From the NCBI RefSeq assembly GCF_006345805.1, contig NW_021832528.1, positions 124,001 through 188,000 of the forward strand: a stretch of 64,000 nucleotides of DNA, written 5' to 3'. Numbering within the stretch: position 1 is the stretch's first letter; every line of letters starts with the position of its first letter. A model generated the notes under the pieces. That model was given only the letters and a program-made list of their open reading frames with translations, did no database searches and was not told the DNA's origin. The translations under genes and the position numbers were made by a program. Positions 26,541 through 39,590 of the stretch are shown one piece after another. Origin of the DNA: Octopus sinensis (taxonomy: Eukaryota).

Positions 26541-26944
26541 GGCCATCAAGTCGTTTATATATTGTCGCAATACAAATTTTATTATTTATATTCTCAAATT
26601 TTTCAATTAAAAAAATTCATATCATCCGTAAGTTTAATCGTAGCATCCCTTCTACTTCCAGTTTAAAAACATACAGATTTCCACTTTTTACAATGGCTAT
26701 AGCTGTTGTTCTCCTAGACCAAAATCCCGAGAAAGCTTATATAATTGCCACCCTTTTCATTCTTATTTATAAGTCCTCTTTATGTAGGTTTTAATATTCT
26801 TGAATTTGTTCTTGACAAAATTCGTACAAGAACGACGAATCAGAAAATCTTAATAATAAAATGGTATGGTGTGTGTCTGTCTGTCTGTCTGTCTGTGTGT
26901 CTGTCTGTCTGTCTGTGTGTGCACACCAACTTCAAATTGGCAAT

Positions 26945-28600
26945 ACGATGTCCTCGACTTACATGATGAGGTCCTTAAAACCTTCCCCCCAAAAAAATTA
27001 AAAAAAAATTTTCTGCATTTGGTTAAAATGAACAACTACAATGTCCTCGACTTACATGATGAAGTCCTTAAAACCTTCCCCCCAAAAAAAATTAAAAAAA
27101 AATTTTCTGCATTTTGGTTAAAATGAACAACTACAATGTCCTCGACTTACATGATGAAGTCCTTAAAACCTTCCCCCCCAAAAAAAATTAAAAAAATTTT
27201 CTTTCTGCATTTTGGTTAAAATGAACAACTACAATGTCCTCGACTTACATGATGAAGTCCTTAAAACCTTCCCCCCCAAAAAAATTAAAAAAAATTTTCT
27301 GCATTTTGGTTAAAATGAACAACTACAATGTCCTCGACTTACATGATGAAGTCCTTAAAACCTTCCCCCCCAAAAAAATTAAAAAAAATTTTCTCTGCAT
27401 TTTGGTTAAAATGAACAACTACGATGTCCTCGACTTACATGATGAAGTCCTTAAAACCTTCCCCCCAAAAAAATAAAAAAAAATTTTCTGCATTTTGGTT
27501 AAAATGAACAACTACAATGTCCTCGACTTACATGATGAAGTCCTTAAAACCTTCCCCCCAAAAAAAATTAAAAAAAAATTTTCTGCATTTTGGTTAAAAT
27601 GAACAACTACAATGTCCTCGACTTACATGATGAGGTCCTTAAAACCTTCCCCCCCAAAAAAATTAAAAAAAAATTTTCTGCATTTTGGTTAAAATGAACA
27701 ACTACAATGTCCTCGACTTACATGATGAAGTCCTTAAAACCTTCCCCCCCAAAAAAATTAAAAAAAATTTTCTCTGCATTTTGGTTAAAATGAACAACTA
27801 CAATGTCCTCAACTTACATGATGAAGTCCTTAAAACCTTCCCCTCCAAAAAAAATTAAAAAAAATTTTCTGCATTTTGGTTAAAATGAACAACTACAATG
27901 TCCTCGACTTACATGATGAAGTCCTTAAAACCTTCCCCCCCAAAAAAATTAAAAAAAAATTTTCTGCATTTTGGTTAAAATGAACAACTACGATGTCCTC
28001 GACTTACATGATGAAGTCCTTAAAACCTTCCCCCCAAAAAAAATTAAAAAAAAATTTTCTGCATTTTGGTTAAAATGAACAACTACAATGTCCTCGACTT
28101 ACATGATGAAGTCCTTAAAACCTTCCCCCCAAAAAAAATTAAAAAAAATTTTCTGCATTTTGGTTAAAATGAACAACTACAATGTCCTCGACTTACATGA
28201 TGAAGTCCTTAAAACCTTCCCCCCCAAAAAAAAAAAAAAAAAATTTAATTTTCTGCATTTTGGTTAAAATGAACAACTACAATGTCCTCGACTTACATGA
28301 TGAAGTCCTTAAAACCTTCCCCCCCAAAAAAATTAAAAAAAAATTTTCTGCATTTTGGTTAAAATGAACAACTACAATGTCCTCGACTTACATGATGAAG
28401 TCCTTAAAACCTTCCCCTCCAAAAAAAATTAAAAAAAATTTTCTGCATTTTGGTTAAAATGAACAACTACAATGTCCTCGACTTACATGATGAAGTCCTT
28501 AAAACCTTCCCCCCAAAAAATCAAAAAATTATTTTCTGCATTTTGATTAAAATGAACAACGCGAATGTCCTCGACATTCATGATGAGGTCCATTAAAACC
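26945..28600 (+). repeat. about 95-bp satellite, about 18 units, inside the Helitron
   Basis: Unit aatgtcctcgacttacatgatgaagtccttaaaaccttc(C)n(A)n..ttttctgcattttggttaaaatgaacaactac. Confidence 0.95.
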
Positions 28601-28815
28601 TTCAAGGCAAAAATCTCACGTATTAAGAATATCCTTGATGAAAACGACAGCGAGAATATTAACAATGATGAACTCCCAATTATTCGCGATAAAGAAATTC
28701 AATTCATCCTATGTTTTTCTCTTTAAAATTAATTGCATATATCATTATCGACCATGAATCAAAATTAAAGCTATTATCATATTTGACTTTGACAGAATGT
28801 GCAATCACAGATTGC

Positions 28816-29122
28816 ACGACTTTGAATAGAGTGTGCAATTAACAGATTTTGAAAAACCACTTTGATAGTTGAAACCACATTAGCACAATCATTAACACAA
28901 TTTACCACCAATTGACGCACGACCTTGAATAGAGTGTGCAATTAACAGATTTTGAAAAACACTTTGATAGTTGAAACCACATTAGCACAATCATTAACAC
29001 AATTTACCACCAATTGACGCACGACCTTGAATAGAGTGTGCAATTAACAGATTTTTAAAACACTTTGATAGTTGAAAGAAACCACATTAGCACAATCATT
29101 AACACAATTTACCACCAATTGA
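28816..29122 (+). repeat. about 101-bp tandem repeat, 3 units, inside the Helitron
   Basis: gcacgac(c/t)ttgaatagagtgtgcaattaacag... recurs at about 28816, 28918 and 29019. Confidence 0.9.
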
Positions 29123-30559
29123 CAGCGCAATCAGAAGAATTTGCGTAAAAATATTAACTATTTACTTGAGTTTTTCGTAAAGATAGAATTTATTTTCGGT
29201 ATGCCTCTTTTCCTAAATTTTTTTATTATTCAAAAATAATTTTTTAAATAGATAACCGAAGGAGGAAAAACGAAGCTGAAGAAAAAACGGTCAGCTTAAT
29301 AAGGTAATTAATTAAATCTTTTTTGTGCGTCGCTTTTTTGTGTGTCGCTTTCTTGCCTGCCGCATCTCTGCCTGCCGCATCTCCCCCTGCCCCATTTCCG
29401 CCAGTAAAAAACAAAAAAATAAAAAAAGAAAAAAAAGGAAATTACAAAGGAAAAATGAAAAAATTAAATATAAAAAAAAATAAACCACAAAAATGAAAAA
29501 AAAAGTTTGCAATGACAATAAACAAGGCCCAGGGACAGTCATTAAAGGTGGTTGGGTTATTTTTAGAGTGAGTGCTTTTCACATGGACAGCTGTATGTGG
29601 GATGCTCGAGGGTAGGCAGAAGAGAAAATTTATTCATATATGCCAAGGAAGGACGGACGACAAACATCGTTTATCAACAGGCGATAGAATAGGGTTACAT
29701 TAACCAGGTAGTTTTATACATCTACATAAACTTATAGTTGTTTGATGAAACAGGCCTCCGCAGGAGCTAGGTCGCGGTGAGCGAAGCGAGCTGCCGAGCT
29801 AGTATAAAATAAATGACAAATCGTCAAAAGTCAAAATTAACACAAAAATGTAAAAATTGATGAAATAAGTGTCAAAATTGAATATTGCTCGGTTAAAATT
29901 GATATAAAAATGTCAGAATTGAACTGAAAGTGGTATAGTTTTTCAACAATATCAATTTAGGAGTCATCTCGAAGCGATGTTGAGAGAAGTTTTGAATAGA
30001 TGTCATGTAACACCTCAGACAAAAGACATGCTCTCACTTAAAGGCGTTATAATAAGTATATTTTCTCCTCATCGCTTTTCCGAACCCGCCGCTACAGATT
30101 GTCAACTTTACATCGCTTACTGCGTAATGTATTTAATTTTCCAAGCCCTACAAAACCAGATTATTATTATTATTTAAGCCAAACAAAATCACCGTCTTAA
30201 CCAATTAACTAACACGTTCAGGTGATTCCGACACTTCTCAACAGTCGAGGCATCTTTTCACGATGTCCCGACCATGACCACACTTGCCTCTACGAAAGAC
30301 TCCAGTGTTCTATGGACAATTTCCCTATCGGTGTGGTCCTTCAGATGTTTGACCCAGAGCTTCAACAAGCATTGGATATGCATAGATAGCTAGACATTAA
30401 CGAGTTGTCTTTCCCTGACGTATTCCTGAAATATATTCTCGTATAGTCAGACAGAATTATTGTTAATATGCGAGACTTAATTCAAGTAACACTTGGTCAG
30501 TGCAAATGGAATTGACTTTTTCTAATGATGAATTTCAAGCTCAATTACAGCAAAATGCG

Positions 30560-30850
30560 CTATCATCCCATCGACCTTCCACCGAAAATTGGAAAAGCAC
30601 GTATCCCGGGTGTGGTTCGTTATGGACAGGACAGCGGTATTCCGACTCAAATGAGGGACCAACCCCGACAAAATTATCAATGTGTGCCGAATCAAACGTG
30701 TGTCAGAGCCATTGTAACCCGAAAGAACTTGATGAATTTTACTCCACCATCACAGATTTATACAACAACCTCAATTCTTCCTACATGTACATCATTGGCG
30801 GGAACAGGAAAGCCAAAGCTGAAAAAGCCTGACTCCGAGAAACATTTTTG
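30560..30850 (+). mobile_element. RTE-type endonuclease remnant
   Basis: ELDEFYSTITDLY..YIIGG..AK resembles the APE region ending in GDFNAK. Confidence 0.45.
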
Positions 30851-31549
30851 ATTTAAATCAGATTTTCATAAGCGAAAATGTATTGCTTAAATTTTGGTCT
30901 GAGTCGCGAGAGCATATTCATAATGTTAAGCATAATATTTCAAAGCAAAGTCAATCTCTACAGTTGAAAGAGATTTTCCTCCATTAGATTCACAAGTAAG
31001 TGGAAAAATGTTAATGCTTGATCAGCTCGAGTTTTCACTTTTTCTAAAATAGCCGTAAATTCATAAGTCGGTTCAAGTTCCTTCCAAATTTCTACAGAAT
31101 GACTAATCTTTGTAGAATCATTTTGCATTTCGTCTAAACCGACAGCAATTGGTTTATTTAGCTGCAAATATTCTTCAGCATGACGTTTTAGGAAAATAAT
31201 TTAGACTTTAGAAGCAAAATCTGAATTAATATCGAATCTGTGTTCTTGACAAATTTTCAAAATTATCAATGTGTGCCTAATAAATAAATAAAATTGAATT
31301 TAATTATGAAAAGGTCGATGTCGACCTTAATTATGAAATATGCCGTATTTAATCAAATTTTTTGATGCCGAGTAAAAATTTGCTGACAAAACAAATTTAA
31401 ACTTGCATATTTGTCGTTCAAAAGGTAACTTTTTTTTCAAAATAGAAATTGTTAAAAAAACAAATCTAGCTATTAAGTACTGGCTCGTAGGATTGAAAAA
31501 CAATTCCCGCGTAAAACAGCCAGCGAGATCCTCTGAATAAGGAATATAA

Positions 31550-32110
31550 ATTCCCTGTGATCTCTGGAGCGATAGGTGCACAGACGGCCAAGGTAAATTT
31601 TTTAATTAATTACTCAAAAGGATGGTTAAAAGTTGGATCACGTGCATTGTCTATTGCATCGACTTCAAAAGGTCCAGATATCCATTTTATTGGAGCTATG
31701 AGTTTGTCAGAAACTGTCTTCGCGAGGTCTATGAAATAAACAACTCCGGGGACGTAGTTATAATTGACAATGCCTCATGCCATTCACAACTGGAAGAAAT
31801 CCTCCGTGAAGAAAAGTTCACAATGCATCAAATTCTTCGATTGGCACCATATACTTCTATGATAAATCCTATTGAAAATGCATGGTCAATTTCAAAGGCA
31901 TGAGTGAAAAAAAAATTTATCAACTCATCTTCCATCTATTTTAGAAAATAATCAAACGGACTCAACACAAAAAAATCTCGCTTATGGTGTCTTGAAAAAA
32001 TTATTGAGGAAAACATTGGACTAATAGCTGTTCAAAATGTGTTGCATTTATAACTAATATTTAGCGCAAACTTCCAAGTGCAATTCAAATGCAGAACGTC
32101 CAATTTTAAA
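31550..32110 (+). mobile_element. Tc1/IS630-like transposase remnant
   Basis: VVIIDNASCH..ILRLAPYTSMINPIENAWS. Confidence 0.8.
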
Positions 32111-32469
32111 AATAACGCTCATTTTTTTCTATAATTTTATACGTTTTTGATTAGTTAAATTGCAAATTATAAAATTGAAGTTGCCAATTATAAAATTGAA
32201 CTTGCGGATTATAAATTTGAAGTTTTTTGGTATAATTCGAAAGGCGAGAGAGTTTAAAATTAGAAACGTCAATTAATTATTAAAATGAAAACATCCATAT
32301 GTTCTTATATTACGATCATTGTTCGTCTATTTGCTAAAAATAACATTGCGATTCAAATAACCACTATATTTTGATATTGATGAAAAATTTTGACGGGAAC
32401 CGTATTTCCCTAAAAAAATTTTGATCACTTACACTGTACACTTAAAATATATTCGCCAGAGAAACACAG

Positions 32470-32945
32470 AAATGACCAGGATTGCAAAAGGGGCGACCAG
32501 TAATAAAATGAGCACAACTAAACAGAATTCTATTCAATTATTCCCGAAAAACAAACGTGAATATTCGAGATGAACACCTATTTTTGATATAGAATAAAAA
32601 TAATTTGCAAATATTGGATGACTTTTTATTTAAAATATAAATTTAATCAAGGAAATAATTACTATTTACGGTATTCGCTTGATTAATTTTTCATTTTCGC
32701 TCCAATTTTCTTTCACATGCCTGTTCACTACCAATCCTACTTCCCTCTGAATAATCTGCAACTTGGTTAACAAAGGAAAGGCCGTATTGTTCATTCCGTT
32801 CAGGTTTCTTTCATCTCTCTTGTTTTTCCCTGGCTCGCTGCATTTCGGAACTTCTTCCATCAAATTTAAAAGCCCTCGGCGTCTTTACCGAATGTTTTAA
32901 AAATCTTATATTGATATAACTAAATTTTTTCCTATTTGATAAACG
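32470..32945 (+). repeat. about 470-bp dispersed direct repeat, copy 1
   Basis: Closely matches 36545-37023, from accaggattgcaa to cctatttgataaacgt. Confidence 0.85.
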
Positions 32946-33042
32946 TATTTTTATTAATTTTAGTGGTTATCCATTACAAATTAATTAAAAAATTACTTTT
33001 ATTTAAAAAAACTACTAAGTTAAATTAACAATATCAGCGTAA

Positions 33043-33225
33043 TTCTAAAAGCCAACCCTAACACTAACCAAACCCTAACACTAAACATAATTAAGTTAAT
33101 TCTAAAAGCCAACCCAAATACTAACCAAACCCTAACGCTAAACATAATTAAGCCTAATTCTAAAAGCTAACCCTAACCCTAACCAAACCCTAACGCTTAA
33201 CTTACCCAACCCTAACCCTAATTGT
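33043..33225 (+). repeat. about 58-bp minisatellite rich in CCCTAA-like hexamers (about 3 units)
   Basis: ctaaaagc(c/t)aaccc..ctaaccaaaccctaac repeats three times. Confidence 0.8.
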
Positions 33226-33386
33226 AACCAATCCAATTAATTTCAAATTTTTACTAAATCCTAATTTTTAAAACCAACTCTAACTTGACAAAAACCCCTA
33301 TTAGGCCTTAACTTTACCAAGCTTTATTTTTAAAAATCAACCAGATTTTGAACTTTATATTCGTAAAAAAAATTTCTAAAATAAAG

Positions 33387-34432
33387 TCAACTAAGCTTTT
33401 TCAATCTTGAAATATGTACGTCAGTTACAATGTTCCCTTTATCGTCTTCTAGAACATACAAATCTCCATTAACGGTTCTGACATAATAAAGTGTAGTATC
33501 TAGTCCATCATATAAAGGCAGCTTTGGTCGATTTGCGTCCGAATCAGTTCTTAAAATCACCCGATCTCCCTCAATTATCGCATCTTCGTCGTATTTCCAC
33601 TTTCGTCTCTTTATCATTTTGTCCGCTGCCACAAGAATGTTGTCATAAGCAACTCGCTGGAATAGACTTGTTATTTCTTCAGCTGTCTTCGTTTTTGCCA
33701 TTTCTACAACAACATACTTGGAAAAAGAGTCTATAATTACTAAAATCTAAAAATATAAATCGAATGTAATACCCAGCAAAAAGAATCATTTAGAGAGGAG
33801 TAACGTCTAAGATCTATCAAATCAGCGATGTATCTGTCACGAGGTCTCTTAGCGATTATAGGAGTTATTTGAGGCTTTGTAGCCATCAATTTCTTTGACT
33901 GACAAATATAGATCAAAAAAATACCTGACAAAATGAACATTTTGATACAATCTGAGCAACTTCGGAACGGGTAACATCGTAATAACGATTACGAAGTTTG
34001 TCAAATAGACGATCTCTTCCAAAGTGATCCATATTATGTTCTGACTGACGATGTTTAATAATAGGTAACCTCGATGTGTTTTAATTTAGCTCATATTCCT
34101 CGACCGCAAAAAAACGACGTTCAGTATCTTCATGTAAGATGTAAGTTTTTCCGTCTTTAAAGCGGAATAGATTCGAAATTTTTCTTAGTCTGTATCTTTT
34201 TTTCGTGTCGACATCTTTAAAAGATGTTGAATCGCGATCAGAATTAATATAATCCTTAATTTGTTCTATTTCTTGCAAAAAAATCTTCACTAAAACCATG
34301 CGGCAATTTGAAATAATTATTTTTTTATTAGTTATAATATTATCTATTAACTTAAAATAATTCGATTGCCATCTATTTCATAAAAATTAGTCGGTCGATT
34401 CAACGGCGTGGTATATTGAATGGACGGTGACA
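33387..34432 (-). mobile_element. Ginger-like DNA transposon with intron-containing, core-deleted integrase
   Basis: Terminus TGTCACCGTCC..CACGCCG at 34432. Zinc-binding EHN..HFGRDRL..CSFCQ, ITPIIAKRPRDRYIADLIDL, ILVIIDSFSKY and C-terminal VHISRLKK. Introns of 25, 26 and 26 nt. The other end was not found. Confidence 0.8.
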
Positions 34433-36544
34433 TGATATGTAGTGGAGATACATTTTATCTTCCAGAATACAACTTTTTCTAGAACCTTCAACATGAAACA
34501 GAGTAGGACGAGTGGCCTGGTTTTTTGAATTATTAAATTTAGTTTGGTGTTAATTTTTTTGACAAAATCTCAGTTTTTAGATAACAGTCAAATTAAAAAA
34601 TATTCGGATATAACATAAATATTTTACCAAGAAATTTAAAATTCCTGCATTTTTGAATTTGACAGACTTTATTAAAAGATATTTATCAACTGTTTCTTAA
34701 AGAAGATTTTAGTTTGAACTCATAAAATTTAATTGTTAATAAAAGGTTTTGATAGTTTTAAACTGATGTTTATATATGTTTCAGTATAAAAAATCAAATG
34801 ATTTATTTAGAAATTATGTCAAGAATTCTAATTAAATTGCGTTCTTATTGCAATATAAATTGAGTTTCTGCAGTCAGTGGCGAGTCATGTTCGTAATCTC
34901 ACTTCTCTTTATTCCAAATGTGTTCAATCAAGAACGCGATAAGTTGAAAAAAATGGAAATGTTTTTTACAAAAAACGCAAACGGAAATACAATGAACCTG
35001 AAATTAGATCTGTAAATCTGACTGTTTAATTCAATTAGAACATTTGATAGCGTGATCAGTATGACGATTAATGGTCTTTTTCCCCCAATCTATCGTGTAA
35101 AAACTTAATAAAATTAATTTCAGGACAACAAACCTAAATCAATAATATATATATTTACTAATTTTTTAAGTATAAATGTCGCTGGATTAGTTGCTGGAAG
35201 TGAACTTCAAAGTAATTGAGTATTCTAATACGTTGATAGAATATAATGATAATATATCTCCGCTTAAACCAACAATGCAACAATTTTTAGTTAAACTTGG
35301 GATAATCACTACTCTAGCTAATACAAAAAGAGAAGCCAAAGTCTTTACAGACCATAAAATAAGAAAACGACAAGTGAGATAAATTTTAAATATAATTTTG
35401 AAGGGAACCAAACTAGGCTTTGAGCAGATAACTAAGTGTAAGATTTATAAGATGACTAAATTAATTATAGACAAAATATCAGTAGTATTAAAAAACAACA
35501 ATAAAAAATTGGACATTAATATAAAATAGTATAAATTTCAACTAAGCTAATGATTAGTGGAACTTCAGATCTGGAATCTGCAGGATATTTAACGTATACT
35601 AATATTAACTTTCCAGCTAATATTGTATTGATTTTATTACCTATTTAAGGATTATATATCCAGGGAAAGCATTTATTATTTGTTACTATCATTTGGAGTT
35701 GATGAAAGTGTATTAGATGCTATAAATCTTAAAAAAAAGTTTGTATGATTTTGAACTCTTATAGACGCGACGACAAAAAACAATTGTCCATGTGTTTTGA
35801 AGACTGGTACCTTCATATGGCGAAAAATTTTTTCCTAACTGATGAAAGTAACGTAAAACAGACAATTGAGGATATAAAAATTGGACTTGAAAATTGCATA
35901 TCACAAAATCCGGCCATTTTACCGACTGCACCAACAAATACAACAAAGAAACCCAAAAACGTAGCTAGTAATAGAATGTTTGGCTTTATAATCGGACTTA
36001 CTGGGAGTTATATAATTCAGGCACTTTTATAGTTAAAATAGCTAATAAGACTTTTAACCTTTCATTCGATTACTAATAAAGATAACTTTAATTTTAAATG
36101 TTAAAAATGTTTTAATACTTAATCTTAAAGCCCCAGAGAATATCTGACTAGCCTCAGATTGTAATAGGGAAGTCAATGTTTTACTGACATTTATGGAGAG
36201 AACTCAGCACAGTTAATAGGTTAGTAGGACAAGAATTTATTAATTATTTAAAAAATTCATTCCTTAAATATTTTCATAATTAAATAGAATTAATTGGACA
36301 AATCCTCCTCAATATCTAGCCTAAAATCATCTGGGGTCCCCGATTATCGTGGTCCAACAGGAGGCGAATCGATAAGGTTCAACAAAGGGGCACAAATTAA
36401 CCGATCGTTGATTACACGATAATGAACGCCCCGATCCAGCTCCTCCGGAAGACCTTATCAAGCTGAACTTCTGTCCGACTGCAAATGCCCCGTCAAAAAC
36501 AGTCTGCCGCCCAGTTGGATCTTGTGTGGCCTCGTGGAAAGATC

Positions 36545-37023
36545 ACCAGGATTGCAAGAGGCGCGACCAGTAATAAAATGAGCACAACTAAACAGATTTC
36601 TATTCAATTATGCCCGAAAAACAAACGTAAATATTCGAGATGAACACCTATATTTTTGATATGGAATAAAAATAATTTGCAAATATTGGATAACTTTTTA
36701 TTTAAAACATAAATTTAATCAAGGAAATAATTACTATTTACGGTATTTGCTTGATTAATTTTTCATTTTCGCTCCGATTTTCTTTCACATGCCTGTTCAC
36801 TACCAATCCTACTTCCCTCTGAATAATCTGCAACTTGGTTAACAAAGGAAAGAAGGGCCGATATTGTTCATTCTGTTCAGGTTTCTTTCATCTATCTTGT
36901 GTTTTCCTGACTCGCCGCATTTCGGAACTTATTCCATCAAATTTAAAAACCTTCGGCGTCTTTACCGAATGTTTTAAAAATCTTATATTGATATAACTAA
37001 TTTTTTTCCTATTTGATAAACGT
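36545..37023 (+). repeat. about 470-bp dispersed direct repeat, copy 2
   Basis: Matches 32470-32945. Confidence 0.85.
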
Positions 37024-37399
37024 TCCCTGGCTGCACAAGCAATTACAATTAATGTTTCCAATAATGGTATAAATATAGCATTTTGCGTAGTTAAATCAAA
37101 ATGATTGTCTTTCTCATTTTTTCTATTTAATAATCGCCGATGGGGAAAAAAAGCAGAAGATGGACTAATAAAATTTTTAGAAATTTTTATTTTATTTATA
37201 TTAATTTCTAACATTTAGAATACGACCCATTACGTATTAGATAAAGTCCTTAAAGCAAAGTCAAGTTGAGATTTTATTTATTAATTTTAGTAACTTTTCC
37301 ATTACCCATATAATTTACTGTTTTAAAATTATCCATTAATAATTTAATTAAATTGTATCTAACTAACAGATAATACACGGAAATATTAACTAAATTATG

Positions 37400-37808
37400 A
37401 CCTGAATTTATCATTAAGCAGGTCTAGGAATGTAGTTTTCCTTGAATTTTATAACGCACAGCGAAACGTTGATTCCTCTCTAAAAACTTAACAAGCTGCG
37501 AGGTCCTCTTAGCAACAATTGTCATATTCCCGAACACAATAAGATAAATCTTTTTGTCCGTAGCACTTGACAGCATTAAAGATTCTTTCAATGCGAAGCC
37601 GAAACAATTCCAAGTTATCTTCAACTTGAAATAATTGAACTCCAATCAGATAATATTCTAAAAGATAAATATGAAAAACAGAATATTATTCAATTTTATA
37701 AATATTTAAATTCTGATCAGTTTCCAATTTTGAAACGATACGCATGCGGATTTATAACTACTTTTGGTACAACATACCTTGTGAACAAACATTTTCAAGA
37801 ATGAAATA
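37400..37808 (+). mobile_element. hAT (SPIN/GTF2IRD2-like) transposase C-terminus, left part
   Basis: LQLEIIELQSD..FPILKRYA..FGTT..LCEQTFSRMKY. The frame resumes at 44891 once the insertion is removed. Confidence 0.85.
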
Positions 37809-38205
37809 TGTCACATGGGCGACTATGTCGCTATGGGCAGCCAGTCCTTTTACGTGTTTCTATGGAAACCGCAGAAAAGGTATTAAATATTGAATATAGC
37901 AATTTATATATGGAAGAGTGTAGATTAATCAATTATTCTAATTTAAAATTACATTTGAATTATCTTTAAAAATGGCTTACCCAAAAGTATATTAATTTTA
38001 ACAGCGTGGTTACTCACACTTTGTGATGTCTGGGTTTAAGGGTACGTCAGAAATATTAACGAATACAATCAAATTAAGGAAGCGTTAATCGGGATATTCC
38101 CGGAGGATATGAATGCTCGAAGCAAACACCGGTTGGCCAAAAAGGCTTTTAATTTTTGTCAAAAATGTCTGAAGAATCGTCAGCAGAAACATCATTTAAT
38201 TTCGA

Positions 38206-39380
38206 GTTAGGGTTACTTTAGGTTTGGGTTAAGGTTAGGGTTAGATTTTGAATATTTATGTTGTCACTTGCCAACGTTAGGGTTAAGGTTAGATTTTGAA
38301 TATTTATGTTGTCACTTGCCAACGTTAGGGTTAAGGTTAGGGTTAGATTTTGAATATTTATGTTGTCACTTGCCAACGTTAGGGTTAGGGTTAGATTTTG
38401 AATATTTATGTTGTCACTTGCCAACGTTAGGGTTTGGGTTAAGGTTAGGGTTAGATTTTGAATATTTATGTTGCCAACGTTAGGGTTAGGGTTAGATTTT
38501 GAATATTTATGTTGTCACTTGCCAACGTTAGGGTTAAGGTTAGGGTTAGATTTTGAATATTTATGTTGTCACTTGCCAACGTTAGGGTTAGGGTTAGATT
38601 TTGAATATTTATGTTGTCACTTGCCAACGTTAGGGTTTGGGTTAAGGTTAGGGTTAGATTTTGAATATTTATGTTGCCAACGTTAGGGTTTGGGTTAGAT
38701 TTTGAATATATTTATGTTGTCACTTGCCAACGTTAGGGTTTGGGTTAAGGTTAGGGTTAGATTTTGAATATTTATGTTGCCAACGTTAGGGTTTGGGTTA
38801 GATTTTGAATATATTTATGTTGTCACTTGCCAACGTTAGGGTTTGGGTTAAGGTTAGGGTTAGATTTTGAATATTTATGTTGCCAACGTAGGGTTTGGTT
38901 AGATTTTGAATATTTATGTTGTCACTTGCCAACGTTAGGGTTTGGGTTAAGGTTAGGGTTAGATTTTGAATATTTATGTTGTCACTTGCCAACGTTAGGG
39001 TTTGGGTTAGATTTTGAATATATTTATGTTGTCACTTGCCAACGTTAGGGTTTGGGTTAGGTTAGGGTTAGATTTTGAATATTTATGTTGCCAACGTTAG
39101 GGTTTGGGTTAGATTTTGAATATTATGTTGTCACTTGCCAACGTTAGGGTTTGGGTTAAGGTTAGGGTTAGATTTTGAATATTTATGTTGTCACTTGCCA
39201 ACGTTAGGGTTTGGGTTAGATTTTGAATATATTTATGTTGTCACTTGCCAACGTTAGGGTTGGGTTAAGGTTAGGGTTAGATTTTGATATTTATGTTGCC
39301 AACGTTAGGGTTAGGGTTAGATTTTGAATATATTTATGTTGTCACTTGCCAACGTTAGGGTTTGGGTTAAGGTTAGAGTT
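38206..39380 (+). repeat. telomere-motif satellite, about 22 units
   Basis: Core gattttgaatatttatgttgtcacttgccaacg alternates with variable runs of TTAGGG, TTTGGG and TTAAGG. Confidence 0.95.
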
Positions 39381-39590
39381 AAAGTTGTTACAAACTTTGC
39401 AAAAAATTTGATGTAAATTATAATTTGCTAATGTTGCAATTTATATTATCAAAAATAAAAATAATTCACATTATAATTTGCTAATGTTGTAAATAATTTT
39501 ACTATTTTAAAGCAAGCATGGTTCAAATATAAAACATCATTTTCTCAAAAATTTAAAGTTCAATCATTAGTTCGGATCGCTTGCCTTTAT

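Larger units (their letters stand above)
26848..29802 (+). mobile_element. non-autonomous Helitron
   Basis: A|TC start at 26848 followed by a (TCTG)n microsatellite. Helicase C-terminus AMTINKAQGQSLKVVG..FSHGQLYVGCSRV..TNIVY at about 29508-29690. GC-rich hairpin-like tract and CTAG|T end at 29802. Confidence 0.85.

Noticed and set aside
26866-28665. Short ORFs in the 95-bp satellite
   Set aside because: Frames change with homopolymer length from unit to unit, so there is no stable coding frame.
32470-37023. LTR retrotransposon
   Set aside because: The repeats lack TG..CA ends, PBS and PPT, and there is no gag, protease or RT between them. The integrase inside has its own TIR-type end and introns.
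38206-39380. CRISPR-like array (constant core with variable spacers)
   Set aside because: The spacers are only telomere hexamer variants, not unique sequences. The context is eukaryotic and there are no cas genes.
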